From Phallusia mammillata (lineage: Eukaryota), in contig OZ281496.1 of assembly GCA_965637545.1 (NCBI GenBank), positions 25,048,001 to 25,112,000 on the forward strand: DNA of 64,000 nucleotides, given 5' to 3'. The position numbers were made by a program, and so were the translations under genes. The notes beneath the pieces were generated by a model. The model was not told the origin of the DNA. It worked only from the letters and a program-made list of their open reading frames with translations, and made no database searches. Shown one piece after another: positions 63,793 to 64,000 of the stretch (position 1 is the first letter of the stretch; each line of letters opens with the position of its first letter).

Positions 63793-63957
63793 TTATTGAT
63801 AATTCTATATTATCCAAAATAAATTAACAGAAGAGAACATTACATCACTGGTTCCCATTGAAGTTATTTTTCGTTAAAAGTTAGGGGAATTATTAATAAT
63901 TCTATATTATCCAAAATAAATTAACACAAGATATCATTACAGCAGTGGTTCCCAACT
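63793..63957. repeat. Tandem duplication (~97-bp period) ending in a hAT-like CAGTGGTTCCCAA
   Basis: TTATT.ATAATTCTATATTATCCAAAATAAATTAACA.AAGA...CATTACA.CA.TGGTTCCCA at 63793 and 63890. Confidence 0.8.
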
Positions 63958-64000
63958 ACATAACGTTTAGTTTGAAATAAAGTCGCATTTCAAACACAGA

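Overview
AT-rich, intron-rich animal genomic DNA, most likely an ascidian/tunicate (inferred from gene architecture, short introns and repeat types; not proven). The long 'orphan' ORFs at 1-9 kb are not separate genes. With ~25 smaller exons they splice in phase into one very large minus-strand apolipoprotein-B-like large lipid transfer protein (33 coding exons in the window, at least 3,379 codons, running off the left edge). The window also holds ORC1 (+, 23 exons), BPNT1 (-, 7 exons), a divergent alpha-tubulin with Gln at the Lys40 position (-, 7 exons), an intronless orphan 7-TM receptor-like gene (+), and an unidentified + strand locus with three paralogous mini-exons near 59-62 kb. Introns and intergenic DNA carry many non-autonomous elements: several hAT (Buster-type) MITE families with 8-bp TSDs, Helentron/HINE-like elements with internal tandem arrays, and two copies of a repeat carrying a tRNA-like gene with its own Pol III terminator. 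All exon joins and protein similarities were worked out by eye; no database search was run.
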